NCBI GenBank assembly: GCA_040954595.2
Contig: CM082584.2
Location: 372,001 to 436,000 of the forward strand
Source of the DNA: Balanoglossus misakiensis
Lineage: Eukaryota > Animalia > Hemichordata
Reading direction: 5' to 3'
DNA length: 64,000 nucleotides
A model generated the notes under the pieces. That model was not told where the DNA came from and made no database searches. It saw nothing but the letters and a program-made list of their open reading frames with translations. Both the position numbers and the translations under genes were made by a program. Shown here piece after piece: positions 1 to 9,567 of the stretch (position 1 is the first letter of the stretch; each line of letters opens with the position of its first letter).

Positions 1-2186
1 GTTGTGGGTGGAGCTGGTCTACCACTTCCACTGGGATACACTTCATTTGACGACTGGCTAGGATGTGACGATACTGGGTGTAGTAATGGGTGGTGAAGTC
101 TTCCACAGTCAGTTACTGGACAAAACAATCCACTTTTGCAGTTTTTAGCGAAGTGTCGAGGGGTTGCTTCCAGACAACAATCACAGAGGTTCTGTTTTCG
201 CACAAACGTTTTCTTCTCCATGAACGACTTCCTGGCAAACTTCCGGCATCTCTGCAGTTGGTGTTGTCCTTGGCAGAAAAGACATCTAATTTCTCTCTTG
301 GATTGGCAGTAGGGTTTGTCTTGCGTCTTGCCGTACATTTCATGACTTACTTGTGTGGTCAAAGTAGTAGCCTTGGTGAATTGTTTGACCCTGGACTTTA
401 CGTCTCTCTCTTGTTCTGGTTTTGATCCAACCAACATCCCGAATCTTGTATTGGCCAAGGCTGCTCGCTTCTCCAAAAACGCTGTCAGATGGATGAATTC
501 TGGTTCAATACCGGAGTAAATCATTCTTCCAGCTTCTTTTGCCCAATCTCCTTGTAGAAATGTAGGTAGGCGTCTCACTATCTTCTCCAATGTATCCATG
601 GAGTTCAGATCAGCGGTGTATTTCATTTGGCTGGAACACATATGACAATTATTCATGTCACGTGCCAACTGTAGCAACTTTGATGTGTCCGTGGCCTTGA
701 TCTGTGGTCCCTTGACGACTTTGTCTATGGTGGCATGGACGATCGTGTGTTTCTGGCCGAAATTCTGGTATAATATTTTCCTTGCTTCAGTGTAACCTTG
801 TTCTGGAGGTAGAATCACACAGTTCTTGATTGCTTCTTTGGCTGGTCCAGTGCAGTATTGGATGAGATAAGCCAATCTAGTGCCATCATTGGTTGTTCCC
901 TTTACAATGTTTATCTCAAAATTTCTGATGAACGTGGGGTACACTACTGGGTCACCATTAAACGATAGGAATTCCCGCTTCGGCAAATTCAAACTAGTTA
1001 CAAGTGCTTGCGTGGCTTCACTCTGTTGTCTTATCATACTCTGTAGGATTTCGTGTTGCCCATCCCGCAATGGACTTGGTTCATTTCTATAAAGTTGTTC
1101 CCCAATATTGTGGTCCACGGGCTGCCATTCTGGTGCATTCGGATTTAATGCTGCCACATTGCCCTCCAACTGTTTCACATTTTCGGACAGCGGTCTGTCT
1201 TTAAGCAAAGTTGTTATTGTGTTGAACTGGGAAACTTCTACTGGGGGACCACTCGACAATACATGGGGGTGATAATCTTGAAAAGACTGGAAATACCTGT
1301 CAATCTTCTCACTTGGACTGGTCATCTTTGCTTCACTTGTATCAACAGAATATTCTTCGGAATGAAACGAAGTTCCCTCTTCTGCTAATTCAGCCTCCAT
1401 TTCAGCCTGTTTTAACTTCTGTTGAACGTCTAGAATCTTCAATGTTGACTGCATCTTTATTTCTTCTTCTCGAAGTCGCAGATCACGAAGCTTGGCTTTG
1501 GCTTCTTCTTCTTGCTGTATCTTTTCAAGTTCAAGCTGGGTTTCCAATATCTTCCTTCTTGCAATTCTTGAAGCTCGACTTGCCTTTGAACTCGATAAAG
1601 AACATATATTACTTGTCTGCCGGTTACCATTTCCATAAGACGTTTGACTATGTGATTTCTTTTTTACAGATTTTACCTGGTCCTTGGTAGAGTGACATGA
1701 ATTTTTGGAAGCCGCTGAACCGTTGACATCATCCTCTTGTGAAGCTGGTGGCACTTCTGGCTCCAACCCACGTGACGGAGTTGTTATCGTGATTCGATGA
1801 GACGAAATCCAGTTCTTCAGGCGTTGTTCCAGACACTCTTTTCTGTTAACTTCAGATTCGTGTTCAAGTCGTACACTTTCTTGTTCGGACCTTGAAAGAT
1901 GTTTCTGATATTCATAACAAGTATTTGTATATGAAGTAAAAATCCTATCCAAGTCTTCTTTCTTTTTGGTAACTGCTTGGTAGTCAGGCGACGACATTAA
2001 CATGGTCTCTACATCCATGTAAATACGTGTCATATGGCCGCGGTAAGCGATAATTGATCTCCTTAATTTGGGAACTAAATTTTCTTCTCTTGTTGAGCTA
2101 GCTGTTTTTGATGAACTGCTACTCTTGACGGAGACAGGGCCTGGTGCTGCTGGAACGTGGAACATCTCGTCGTTTCCAGTTGCCAT
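1..2186 (-). CDS. gag: BEL/Pao LTR retrotransposon Gag (N-terminal part of Gag-Pol polyprotein), 3'-truncated by window edge
   Basis: Manual translation from ATG at 2186 (MATGNDEMFHVPAAPG...) is open for ~728 codons to position 1 with no stop, probably why it is missing from the ORF track. It contains KLRRSIIAYRGHMTRIY, a coiled coil, a DUF1759-like capsid segment (LNLPKREFLSFNGDPVVYPTFIRNF...RLAYLIQYCTGPAKEAIKNC...GYTEARKILYQNFGQ) and the BEL/Pao triple zinc knuckle CLFCQGQHQLQRC / CDCCLEATPRHFAKNC / CPVTDCGRLHHPLLH at 284-78. Confidence 0.93.
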   Translation of the reverse strand, partial: MATGNDEMFHVPAAPGPVSVKSSSSSKTASSTREENLVPKLRRSIIAYRGHMTRIYMDVETMLMSSPDYQAVTKKKEDLDRIFTSYTNTCYEYQKHLSRSEQESVRLEHESEVNRKECLEQRLKNWISSHRITITTPSRGLEPEVPPASQEDDVNGSAASKNSCHSTKDQVKSVKKKSHSQTSYGNGNRQTSNICSLSSSKASRASRIARRKILETQLELEKIQQEEEAKAKLRDLRLREEEIKMQSTLKILDVQQKLKQAEMEAELAEEGTSFHSEEYSVDTSEAKMTSPSEKIDRYFQSFQDYHPHVLSSGPPVEVSQFNTITTLLKDRPLSENVKQLEGNVAALNPNAPEWQPVDHNIGEQLYRNEPSPLRDGQHEILQSMIRQQSEATQALVTSLNLPKREFLSFNGDPVVYPTFIRNFEINIVKGTTNDGTRLAYLIQYCTGPAKEAIKNCVILPPEQGYTEARKILYQNFGQKHTIVHATIDKVVKGPQIKATDTSKLLQLARDMNNCHMCSSQMKYTADLNSMDTLEKIVRRLPTFLQGDWAKEAGRMIYSGIEPEFIHLTAFLEKRAALANTRFGMLVGSKPEQERDVKSRVKQFTKATTLTTQVSHEMYGKTQDKPYCQSKREIRCLFCQGQHQLQRCRKFARKSFMEKKTFVRKQNLCDCCLEATPRHFAKNCKSGLFCPVTDCGRLHHPLLHPVSSHPSQSSNEVYPSGSGRPAPPT

Positions 2187-2252
2187 GACTTTCTAATGTA
2201 TCTGCTAGTACACGGTTACACCAGGTTTCAGTCCAACGTCATCTGAGAACTA

Positions 2253-2893
2253 TGTAGGATCCAATTCCTACTTGCATGGGCCCCTCGACACTCGTGTTGT
2301 ATAAAAATTCTCCTTTTATTTTACTCTCTACGAGGAGCAAACTGTTCGGTGCATACAAAATAGACCGTGCACGACGTAATAACACGGTTCTAATACTGGT
2401 ATAACACTGGTATAACACGGGTACAACACGGTTCTGTATAAACAAATACATAGACGAAATAAATTCAAGTAAGTATTCAAAGGTAAATGTAAAATGCCGA
2501 TACAGAAGTTCAAACTCAATTACAAAGCAAATTCCAAAAATACAGCGTTTACAGGTAAGTAAATTCAAATCAATTCTATTCAATCGCTCAAAATTAATGG
2601 TTTATAAATGAAGTAGTCTGCGTCCTGGATAGTCGCTGCTTCTGTTGAAAGACCGCTCTGTATCGCTAAATAAAACAGTCTTACCTCAGATGGTGACGCT
2701 TTTAGGGGCTCAAAAAGCATGCAGTGCAGTGGTCACAAACATGTAGCCTAGAAGGCCTGACGTGGCAAAATGAAAACTTGCACACTGGCGAGGTGCCAAT
2801 TTATAGTGAAAAGGAAATTTGCATATTGGATAACCACTATGTGCATGTGCACCTGCACACACAGCCATCCAATCAGGGAGGACTGCACTTACA
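2253..2893 (-). repeat. Putative 5' LTR (~641 bp)
   Basis: Minus strand starts TGTAAG (2893) and ends CCTACA (2253), an imperfect terminal inverted repeat. AATAAA at 2320-2315 lies ~60 nt before the end, and a TATAAA-like word is near 2601-2606. The outer boundary is fixed by the satellite junction; the inner boundary is inferred because the second LTR is outside the window. Confidence 0.65.
2378..2434. repeat. Short imperfect 11-bp tandem repeat within the LTR
   Basis: About 5 copies of a TAACAC(T/G)GGTA-like unit: aataacacggttc taatactggta taacactggta taacacgggta caacacggttc. Confidence 0.75.
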
Positions 2894-4187
2894 CCGGCTC
2901 TATATGACACAGACTGGCGTAAGTTATCAACGGTGATTACGTCGGATTTCCTACGGCCTGGTTTAGCTGAAGCTAAAGACGTTGGCTAATCGGGCAAACC
3001 GAAGAGGGAAAGTCACAGCGGGTCAACACTCGACATTTGTTCGGGTAGGACTGCATTATTGCCTGTCAATTTATAGAGAAAGCCCGAATTTTACCAGGGC
3101 GTTTCAAACACCGACGTTAGTTGGGGGCACGGCCTGCAGTACTGCCGGGTAAGCTGACATCGGCGTACCGCATATAATGTAGGGGGGGGGAACAGAACGG
3201 TTCAATACTAGCTAATTTTGGACAATCATCTAAAATCTAAATCATTTTTTCATATTTGGATATCTGATGATGTATGAAATTTCCATCATATGTAAAAATG
3301 GTGCTGATTATAAAAAATGCACTCTGAATGAGCTGATTTAATACAAAATTGCGTTTTATTCGTTTTTGCACCAAAAAGGTCATTTTTAGGCAAAACATTC
3401 TTTTTTTTTTTTTAATTCGGTGACCTCATCATATATAAACAATTGCTTGTATGTTAAAAGTTTTTATGACTTTTAAAAGCAGTGACACTGGCGGCATTCA
3501 ACACGAAAATAACAATTTTAGCCACAATTTGGTCAAAATGGTAAATTTTTGAAAATTACAAAAAATACCTGTTTTCTACATTTTCGGAAATCTGATGGAG
3601 TATAGAATGCTCTTCGTATGTATATATCGATATAAATTCCACAAAAGACAGTCTAATATGGCTCACTGCAGACAAAATTGCGTTTTACCAAATTTACCTT
3701 GAAAATGTCATTTTTAGAAAAAGAAAAAAAAAAACACCTTTGTTCCTCGAATTTGGTGCCCTGATCATATATGACATGTTGATTGTATGTTAAAACTTTC
3801 GACCACTCCAAAAATGCAGAGATATTGACGGAATTCAAGAAAAAATAGCCATTTTGGCCATATTTTGACAAAAATGGTAAATTTTTAAAAAATCATCAAA
3901 AAATAAACTCTTTTCTTCATTTTCGGAAATAGTATGGAGCATGAAGTGTCGTTCTCTTGTAAAAAGTGCTGCAAATTCCAGAAAAGGCAGTATAATTTGA
4001 ATCACCCAAGACAAAATTACCCTTTTCGACTTTTTTTCGAACAATTGTCTTTTTTACAAAATAAATAAGAATAAATTCTTTTCTTAGTTTGAAACGGGTA
4101 GAGATACTTTCCACACGGGTTTTCTAACAATGAATTCCCGTTCATCAACTCAGATTTCCTACAGCATAAGTCGGCTAAAATCCTGAC
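2894..4187 (-). repeat. Inverted, internally deleted copy of the 2.05-kb satellite unit
   Basis: Reverse complement of the array: poly-G at 3182-3190 matches the poly-C landmark, the AT block is reversed to ~4160, and it ends at ...ggctaaaatcctgac. Deletions at ~2973 (about two 81-mers) and ~3210 (16 bp). Confidence 0.93.
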
Positions 4188-4548
4188 TATGAAATGGCTA
4201 TTTTTTCTTGAATTCCGTCAATATCTCTGCATTTTTGGAGTGGTCGAAAGTTTTAACATAGCTGATATCTAATAAATGTAGTATTGAACCGTTCTGTCCC
4301 CCCCCCCTTACATTATATGCGGTACGCCGATGTCAGCTTACCCGGCAGTACTGTAGGCCGTGCCCCCAACAAACGTCGGTGTTTGAAACGCCCTGGTTAA
4401 ATTCGGGCTCTCTCTATAAATCGACAGGCAATAATGCAGTCCTACCGGAACAAATGTCAAGTGTTGAACCGCTGTGACTTTCCCTGTTAGTTTTGCCCGA
4501 CTTAGCCAACGTCTTTGTACTAGAGTGTCGGGTCTTTTGCAGAGCCAG

Positions 4549-5361
4549 GCCGAAGGAAATCCGACTTGATCACCGTTGCTAACGAACGCTAGTGTCTGTC
4601 ATGGTGTGCCGGTGTTTAGTCGAGCCAGGCCGTAGGAGATCTGACTTGATCATCGTGGTCAATGTACGCGTGTTTCCGCTCTAAAGTGCCGGGGCTTCAG
4701 CTAAACCAGGCCGTAGGAAATCCGACGTAATCACCGTTGATAACTTACGCCAGTCTGTGTCATATAGAGCCGGTGCACCAGCCGAGTCACGCCGTAGGAA
4801 ATCTGACTTGATCAACGTGGTCACTGTACGCCTGTTTCTGCTCTAGAGTGCCGGGGCTTCATCTGAGCCAGGCCGTAGGAAACCCGACGTGATTACCGTT
4901 GTTAACTTACGCCAGTCTGTGTCCTATATATAGTGCCGGGGCATCAGCCGTGCCAGGCCGAAGGAAATGTGAGTAGATCAACGTGGTCTCTGTACGCGTG
5001 TTTCTGCTCTAGAGTGCCAGGGCTTTAGCCAAGCCATGCCGTAGGAAATCTGACTTGATCAACGTTGCTAACGAACGTTAGTGTCTGTCATAGTGTGCCG
5101 GGGTTTTAGTCGAGCCAAGCCGTAGGAGATCAGACTTGATCAACGTGGTCTCTGTACGCGTGTTTCTGCTCTAGAGTGCCGGGGCTTTATCCGAGCTATG
5201 CCGTAGAAAATCTGACTTGATCACCGTTGCTAACTTACGCTAGTGTCTGTCATATTGTGACGGAGATTTAGCCGAGCCAGGCCGTAGAAAAATCGACTTT
5301 TTCAACGTTACCAGTGTGCAACTGTTTCTGCTCTAGAGTGTCAGGGTTTTAGCCGACTTGT
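4549..5361 (+). repeat. Representative GC-rich subarray: ten 81-bp monomers alternating A/B (162-bp dimer)
   Basis: gccg(t/a)agga(a/g)atc(t/c)gacttgatc recurs every 81 bp; the 5th monomer is 85 bp because of a TATA expansion. Odd monomers carry cgttgctaac...gtctgtcat and even monomers carry cgtggtc..tgtacgcgtgtttctgctctagag. Confidence 0.93.
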
Positions 5362-5389
5362 GCTGTAGGAAATCTGAGTTGATGAACGG

Positions 5390-6345
5390 GAATTCAATGT
5401 TAGAAAACCCGTGTGTAAAGTATCTCTACCCGTTTGAAACTAAGAAAAGAATTTATTCTTATTTATTTTGTAAAACAAGACAATTTTTCGAAAAAAAGTC
5501 GAAAATGGTAATTTTCTCTTGGGTCATTCAAATTATACCGCCTTTTCTGGAATTTGCAGCACTTTTTACAAGAGAACGACACTTCATGCTCCATAATATT
5601 TCCGAAAATGAAGAAAAGAGTTAATTTTTTATGATTTTTTAAAAAATTACCATTTTTGTCAAAATATGGCCAAAATGGCAATTTTTTCTTGAATTCCGTC
5701 AATATCTCTGCATTTTTGGAGTGGTCGAAAGTTTTAACATACAATCAACATGTCATATATGATCAGGGCACCAAATTCGAAGAACAAAGTTGTTTTTAGT
5801 TTTTTTTCTAAAAATGACATTTTCAAGGAACATTTGGTAAAACGCAATTTTGTCTGCAGTGAGCCAAATTAGATTGTCTTTTGTGGAATTTGTATCGATA
5901 TATACATACGAAGAGCATTCTATACTCCATCAGATTTCCGAAAATGTAGAAAACAGGTATTTTTTGTAATTTTCAAAAATTTACCATTTTGACCAAATTA
6001 TGGCTAAAATTGTTATTTTCGTGTTGAATGCCGCCAGTGTCACTGCTTTTAAAAGTCATAAAAACTTTTAACATACAAGCCATTCTTTATATATGATCAG
6101 GTCACCGAATTAAAAAAATAAAGAATGTTTTGCCTAAAAATGACCTTTTAGGTGCAAAAACGAATAAAACGTTATTTTGTATTAAATCAGTTCATTCAGA
6201 GTGCATTTTTTATAATCAGCACCATTTTTACATATAATGGAAATTTCATACATCATCAGATATCCAAATATGAAAAAATGATTTAGATTTTAGATGATTG
6301 TCCAAAATTAGCTGATATCTAATAAATGTAGTATTGAACCGTTCT
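5390..6345 (+). repeat. Representative AT-rich subarray: three diverged ~334-bp repeats
   Basis: taccatttt at ~5648 and ~5982. tttccgaaaatg / tttccgaaaatg / tatccaaatatg at ~5599, ~5934 and ~6261. ttttaacatacaa and atatatgatcagg each recur about 334 bp apart. Confidence 0.85.
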
Positions 6346-7133
6346 GTTTCCCCCCCCCCCCTATATTATATGCGGTACGCCGATGGCAGCTTACCCGGCA
6401 GTACTGCAGGCCGTGCCCCCAACTAACGTCGGTGTTTGTAACGCCCTGGTTAAATTCGGGCTTTCTCTATAAATTGACAGGCAATAATGCAGTCCTACCC
6501 GAACAAATGTCGAGTGTTGACCCGCTGTGGCTTTCCCTCTTCGGTTTGCCCGACTTAGCCAACGTCTTTGTACTACAGTGTCGGGTCTTTTGCAGAGCCA
6601 GGCCGAAGGAAATCCGACTTGATCACCGTTGCTAACGAACGCTAGTGTCTGTCATGGTGTGCCGGGGTTTTAGTCGAGCCAGGCCGTAGGAGATCTGCCT
6701 TGATCATCGTGGTCAATGTACGCGTGTTTCCGCTCTAAAGTGCCGGGGCTTCAGCTAAACCAGGCCGTAGGAAATCCGACGTAATCACCGTTGATAACTT
6801 ACGCCAGTCTGTGTCATATAGAGCCGGTTCACCAGCCGAGTCACGCCGTAGGAAATCTGACTTGATCAACGTGGTCAATGTACGCCTGTTTCTGCTCTAG
6901 AGTGCCGGGGCTTCAGCTGAGCCAGGCCGTAGGAAACCCGACGTGATTACCGTTGTTAACTTACGCCAGTCTGTGTCCTATATATAGTGCCGGGGCATCA
7001 GCCGTGCCAGGCCGAAGGAAATGTTAGTCGATCAACGTGGTCTCTGTACGCGTGTTTCTGCTCTAGAGTGTCAGGGCTTTAGCAAAGCCATGCCGTAGGA
7101 AATCTGACTTGATCAACGTTGCTAACGAACGCT

Positions 7134-7323
7134 CAATATTTTTAAGCGTAATTTGAAAACATACCTTTTTACTCGGTTTTATGTGTAACGTGTTCGATTG
7201 TGTCCTTTTAACTATTTTTACCAGCCTTGTATTTTTTAATCTACTGTTTTAGCTGTGCACAATGCGCTGAGACGTATGTGTAGCGCATTTTAAACAATTC
7301 TTAATAATAATAATAATAATAAT
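7134..7323 (+). mobile_element. ~190-bp 5'-truncated LINE (L2/CR1-group-like) or SINE 3' end, copy 1
   Basis: Interrupts monomer 7 and is flanked by the 6-bp direct repeat AACGCT (7128-7133, 7324-7329). It ends in the stem-loop ATGCGCT-N13-AGCGCAT followed by (AAT)7. Confidence 0.82.
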
Positions 7324-9380
7324 AACGCTAGTGTCTGTCATAGTGTGCCGGGGTTTTAGTCGAGCCAAGCCGTAGGAGATCAGACTACATCAACGTGGTC
7401 TCTGTACGCGTGTTTCTGCTCTAGAGTGCCGGGGCTTTATCCAAGCCATGCCGTAGAAAATCTGACTTGGTCACCGTTGCTAACGTACGCTAGTGTCTGT
7501 CATATTGTGACGGAGATTTAGCCGAGCCAGGCCGTAGAAAAATCGACTTGTTCAACGTTACCAGTGTGCAACTGTTTCTGCTCTAGAGTGTCTGGGTTTT
7601 AGCCGACTTATGCTGTAGGAAATCTGAGTTGATGAACGGGAACTCAATGTTAGAAAACCCGTGTGGAAAGTATCTCTACCCGTTTGAAACTAAGAAAAGA
7701 ATTTATTCTTATTTATTTTGTAAAAAAGACAATTTTTCGAAAACAAGTCGAAAATGGTAATTTTGTCTTGGGTGATTCAAATTATACCACATTTTCTGGA
7801 ATTTGCAGCACTTTTTACAAGAGAACGACACTTCATGCTCCATAATATTTCCGAAAATGAAGAAAAGAGTTTTATTTTTTATGATTTTTTAAAAATGTAC
7901 CATTTTGTCAAAATATGGCCAAAATGGCTATTTTTTTCTTGAATTCCGTCAATATCTCTGCATTTTTGGAGTGGTCTAAAGTTTTAACATACAATCAACA
8001 TGTCATATATGATCAGGGCACCAAATTCGAAGAACGAAGGTTTTTTTATTTTATTTTTCTAAAAATGACATTTTCAAGGAAAATTTGGTAAAACGCAATT
8101 TTGTCTGCAGTGAGCCAAATTAGACGGTCTTTTGTGGAATTGGTATCGATATATATATACGAAGAGCATTCTATACTCCATCAGATTTCCGAAAATGTAG
8201 AAAACAGGTATTTTTTGTAATTTTCAAAAATTTACCATTTTGACCAAATTGTGGTTAAAATTGTTATTTTCGTGTTGAATGCCGCCAGTGTCACTGCTTT
8301 TAAAAGTCATAAAAACTTTTAACATGCAAGCAATTGCTTATATATGATCAGGTCACCGAATTAAAAAAATAAAGAATGTTTTGCCTAAAAATGACCTTTT
8401 TGGTGCAAAAACGAATAAAACGCAATTTTGTATTAAATCAGCTCATTCAGAGTGCATTTTTTATAATCAGCACCATTTTTACATATAATGGAAATTTCAT
8501 ACATCATCAGATATCCAAATATGAAAAAATGATTTAGATTTTAGATGATTGTCCAAAATTAGCTGATATCTAATAAATGTAGTATTGAACCGTTCTGTCC
8601 CCCCCCCCTACATTATATGCGGTACGCCGATGTCAGCTTACCCGGCAGTACTGCAGGCCGTGCCCCCAAATAACGTCGGTGTTTGAAACGCCCTGGTTAA
8701 ATTCGGGCTTTCTCTATAAATTGACAGGCAATAATGCAGTCCTACCCGAACAAATGTCGAGTGTTGACCCGCTGTGACTTTCCCTCTTCGGTTTGCCCGA
8801 CTTAGCCAACGTCTTTGTACTAATGTGTCGGGTCTTTTGCAGAGCCAGGCCAAAGGAAATCCGACTTGATCACCGTTGCTAACGAACGCTAGTGTCTGTC
8901 ATGGTGTGCCGGGGTTTTAGTCGAGCCAGGCCGTAGGAGATCTGACTTGATCATCGTGGTCAATGTACGCGTGTTTCCGCTCTAAAGTGCCGGGGCTTTA
9001 GCTAAACCATGCCGTAGGAAATCCGACGTAATCACCGTTGATAACTTACGCCAGTCTGTGTCATATAGAGCCGGTGCACCAGCCGAGTCACGCCGTAGGA
9101 AATCTGACTTGATCAACGTGGTCAATGTACGCCTGTTTCTGCTCTAGAGTGCCGGGGCTTCAGCTGAGCCAGGCCGTAGGAAACCCGACGTGATTACCGT
9201 TGTTAACTTACGCCAGTCTGTGTCCTATATATAGTGCCGGGGCATCAGCCGTGCCAGGCCGAAGGAAATGTGAGTAGATCAACGTGGTCTCTGTACGCGT
9301 GTTTCTGCTCTAGAGTGTCAGGGCTTTAGCAAAGCCATGCCGTAGGAAATCTGACTTGATCAACGTTGCTAACGAACGCT

Positions 9381-9567
9381 CAATATTTTTAAGCGTAATT
9401 TGAAAACATACCTTTTTACTCGGTTTTATGTGTAACGTGTTCGATTGTGTCCTTTTAACTATTTTTACCAGCCTTGTATTTTTTAATCTACTGTTTTAGC
9501 TGTGCACAATGCGCTGAGACGTATGTGTAGCGCATTTTAAACAATTCTTAATAATAATAATAATAAT
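9381..9567 (+). mobile_element. Same retroposed 3' fragment, copy 2
   Basis: Same sequence, site and AACGCT TSD as copy 1; tail (AAT)6. Confidence 0.82.

Larger units (their letters stand above)
1..2893 (-). mobile_element. 5' portion of a BEL/Pao LTR retrotransposon inserted into the satellite
   Basis: Gag ORF plus upstream LTR-like segment. The element begins TGTAAG on the minus strand at 2893, directly abutting satellite sequence (ccggctctatatgacac...) from 2894. Confidence 0.88.

Noticed and set aside
90-2936. Short ORFs at 90-1690 and 2239-2936
   Set aside because: They are antisense or off-frame shadows of gag, or LTR/satellite-junction sequence without coding features.
4549-5361. CRISPR-like appearance of regularly spaced gccgtaggaaatctgacttgatc
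   Set aside because: The intervening sequences are homologous to each other rather than unique spacers, the context is eukaryotic, and there are no cas genes.
4298-6349. Tandem 5S rRNA, snRNA, SL RNA, tRNA or histone gene unit; CENP-B box
   Set aside because: The 2-kb period is suggestive, but I recognised no such gene, Pol III A/B boxes or TTCG-N4-A-N2-CGGG match.
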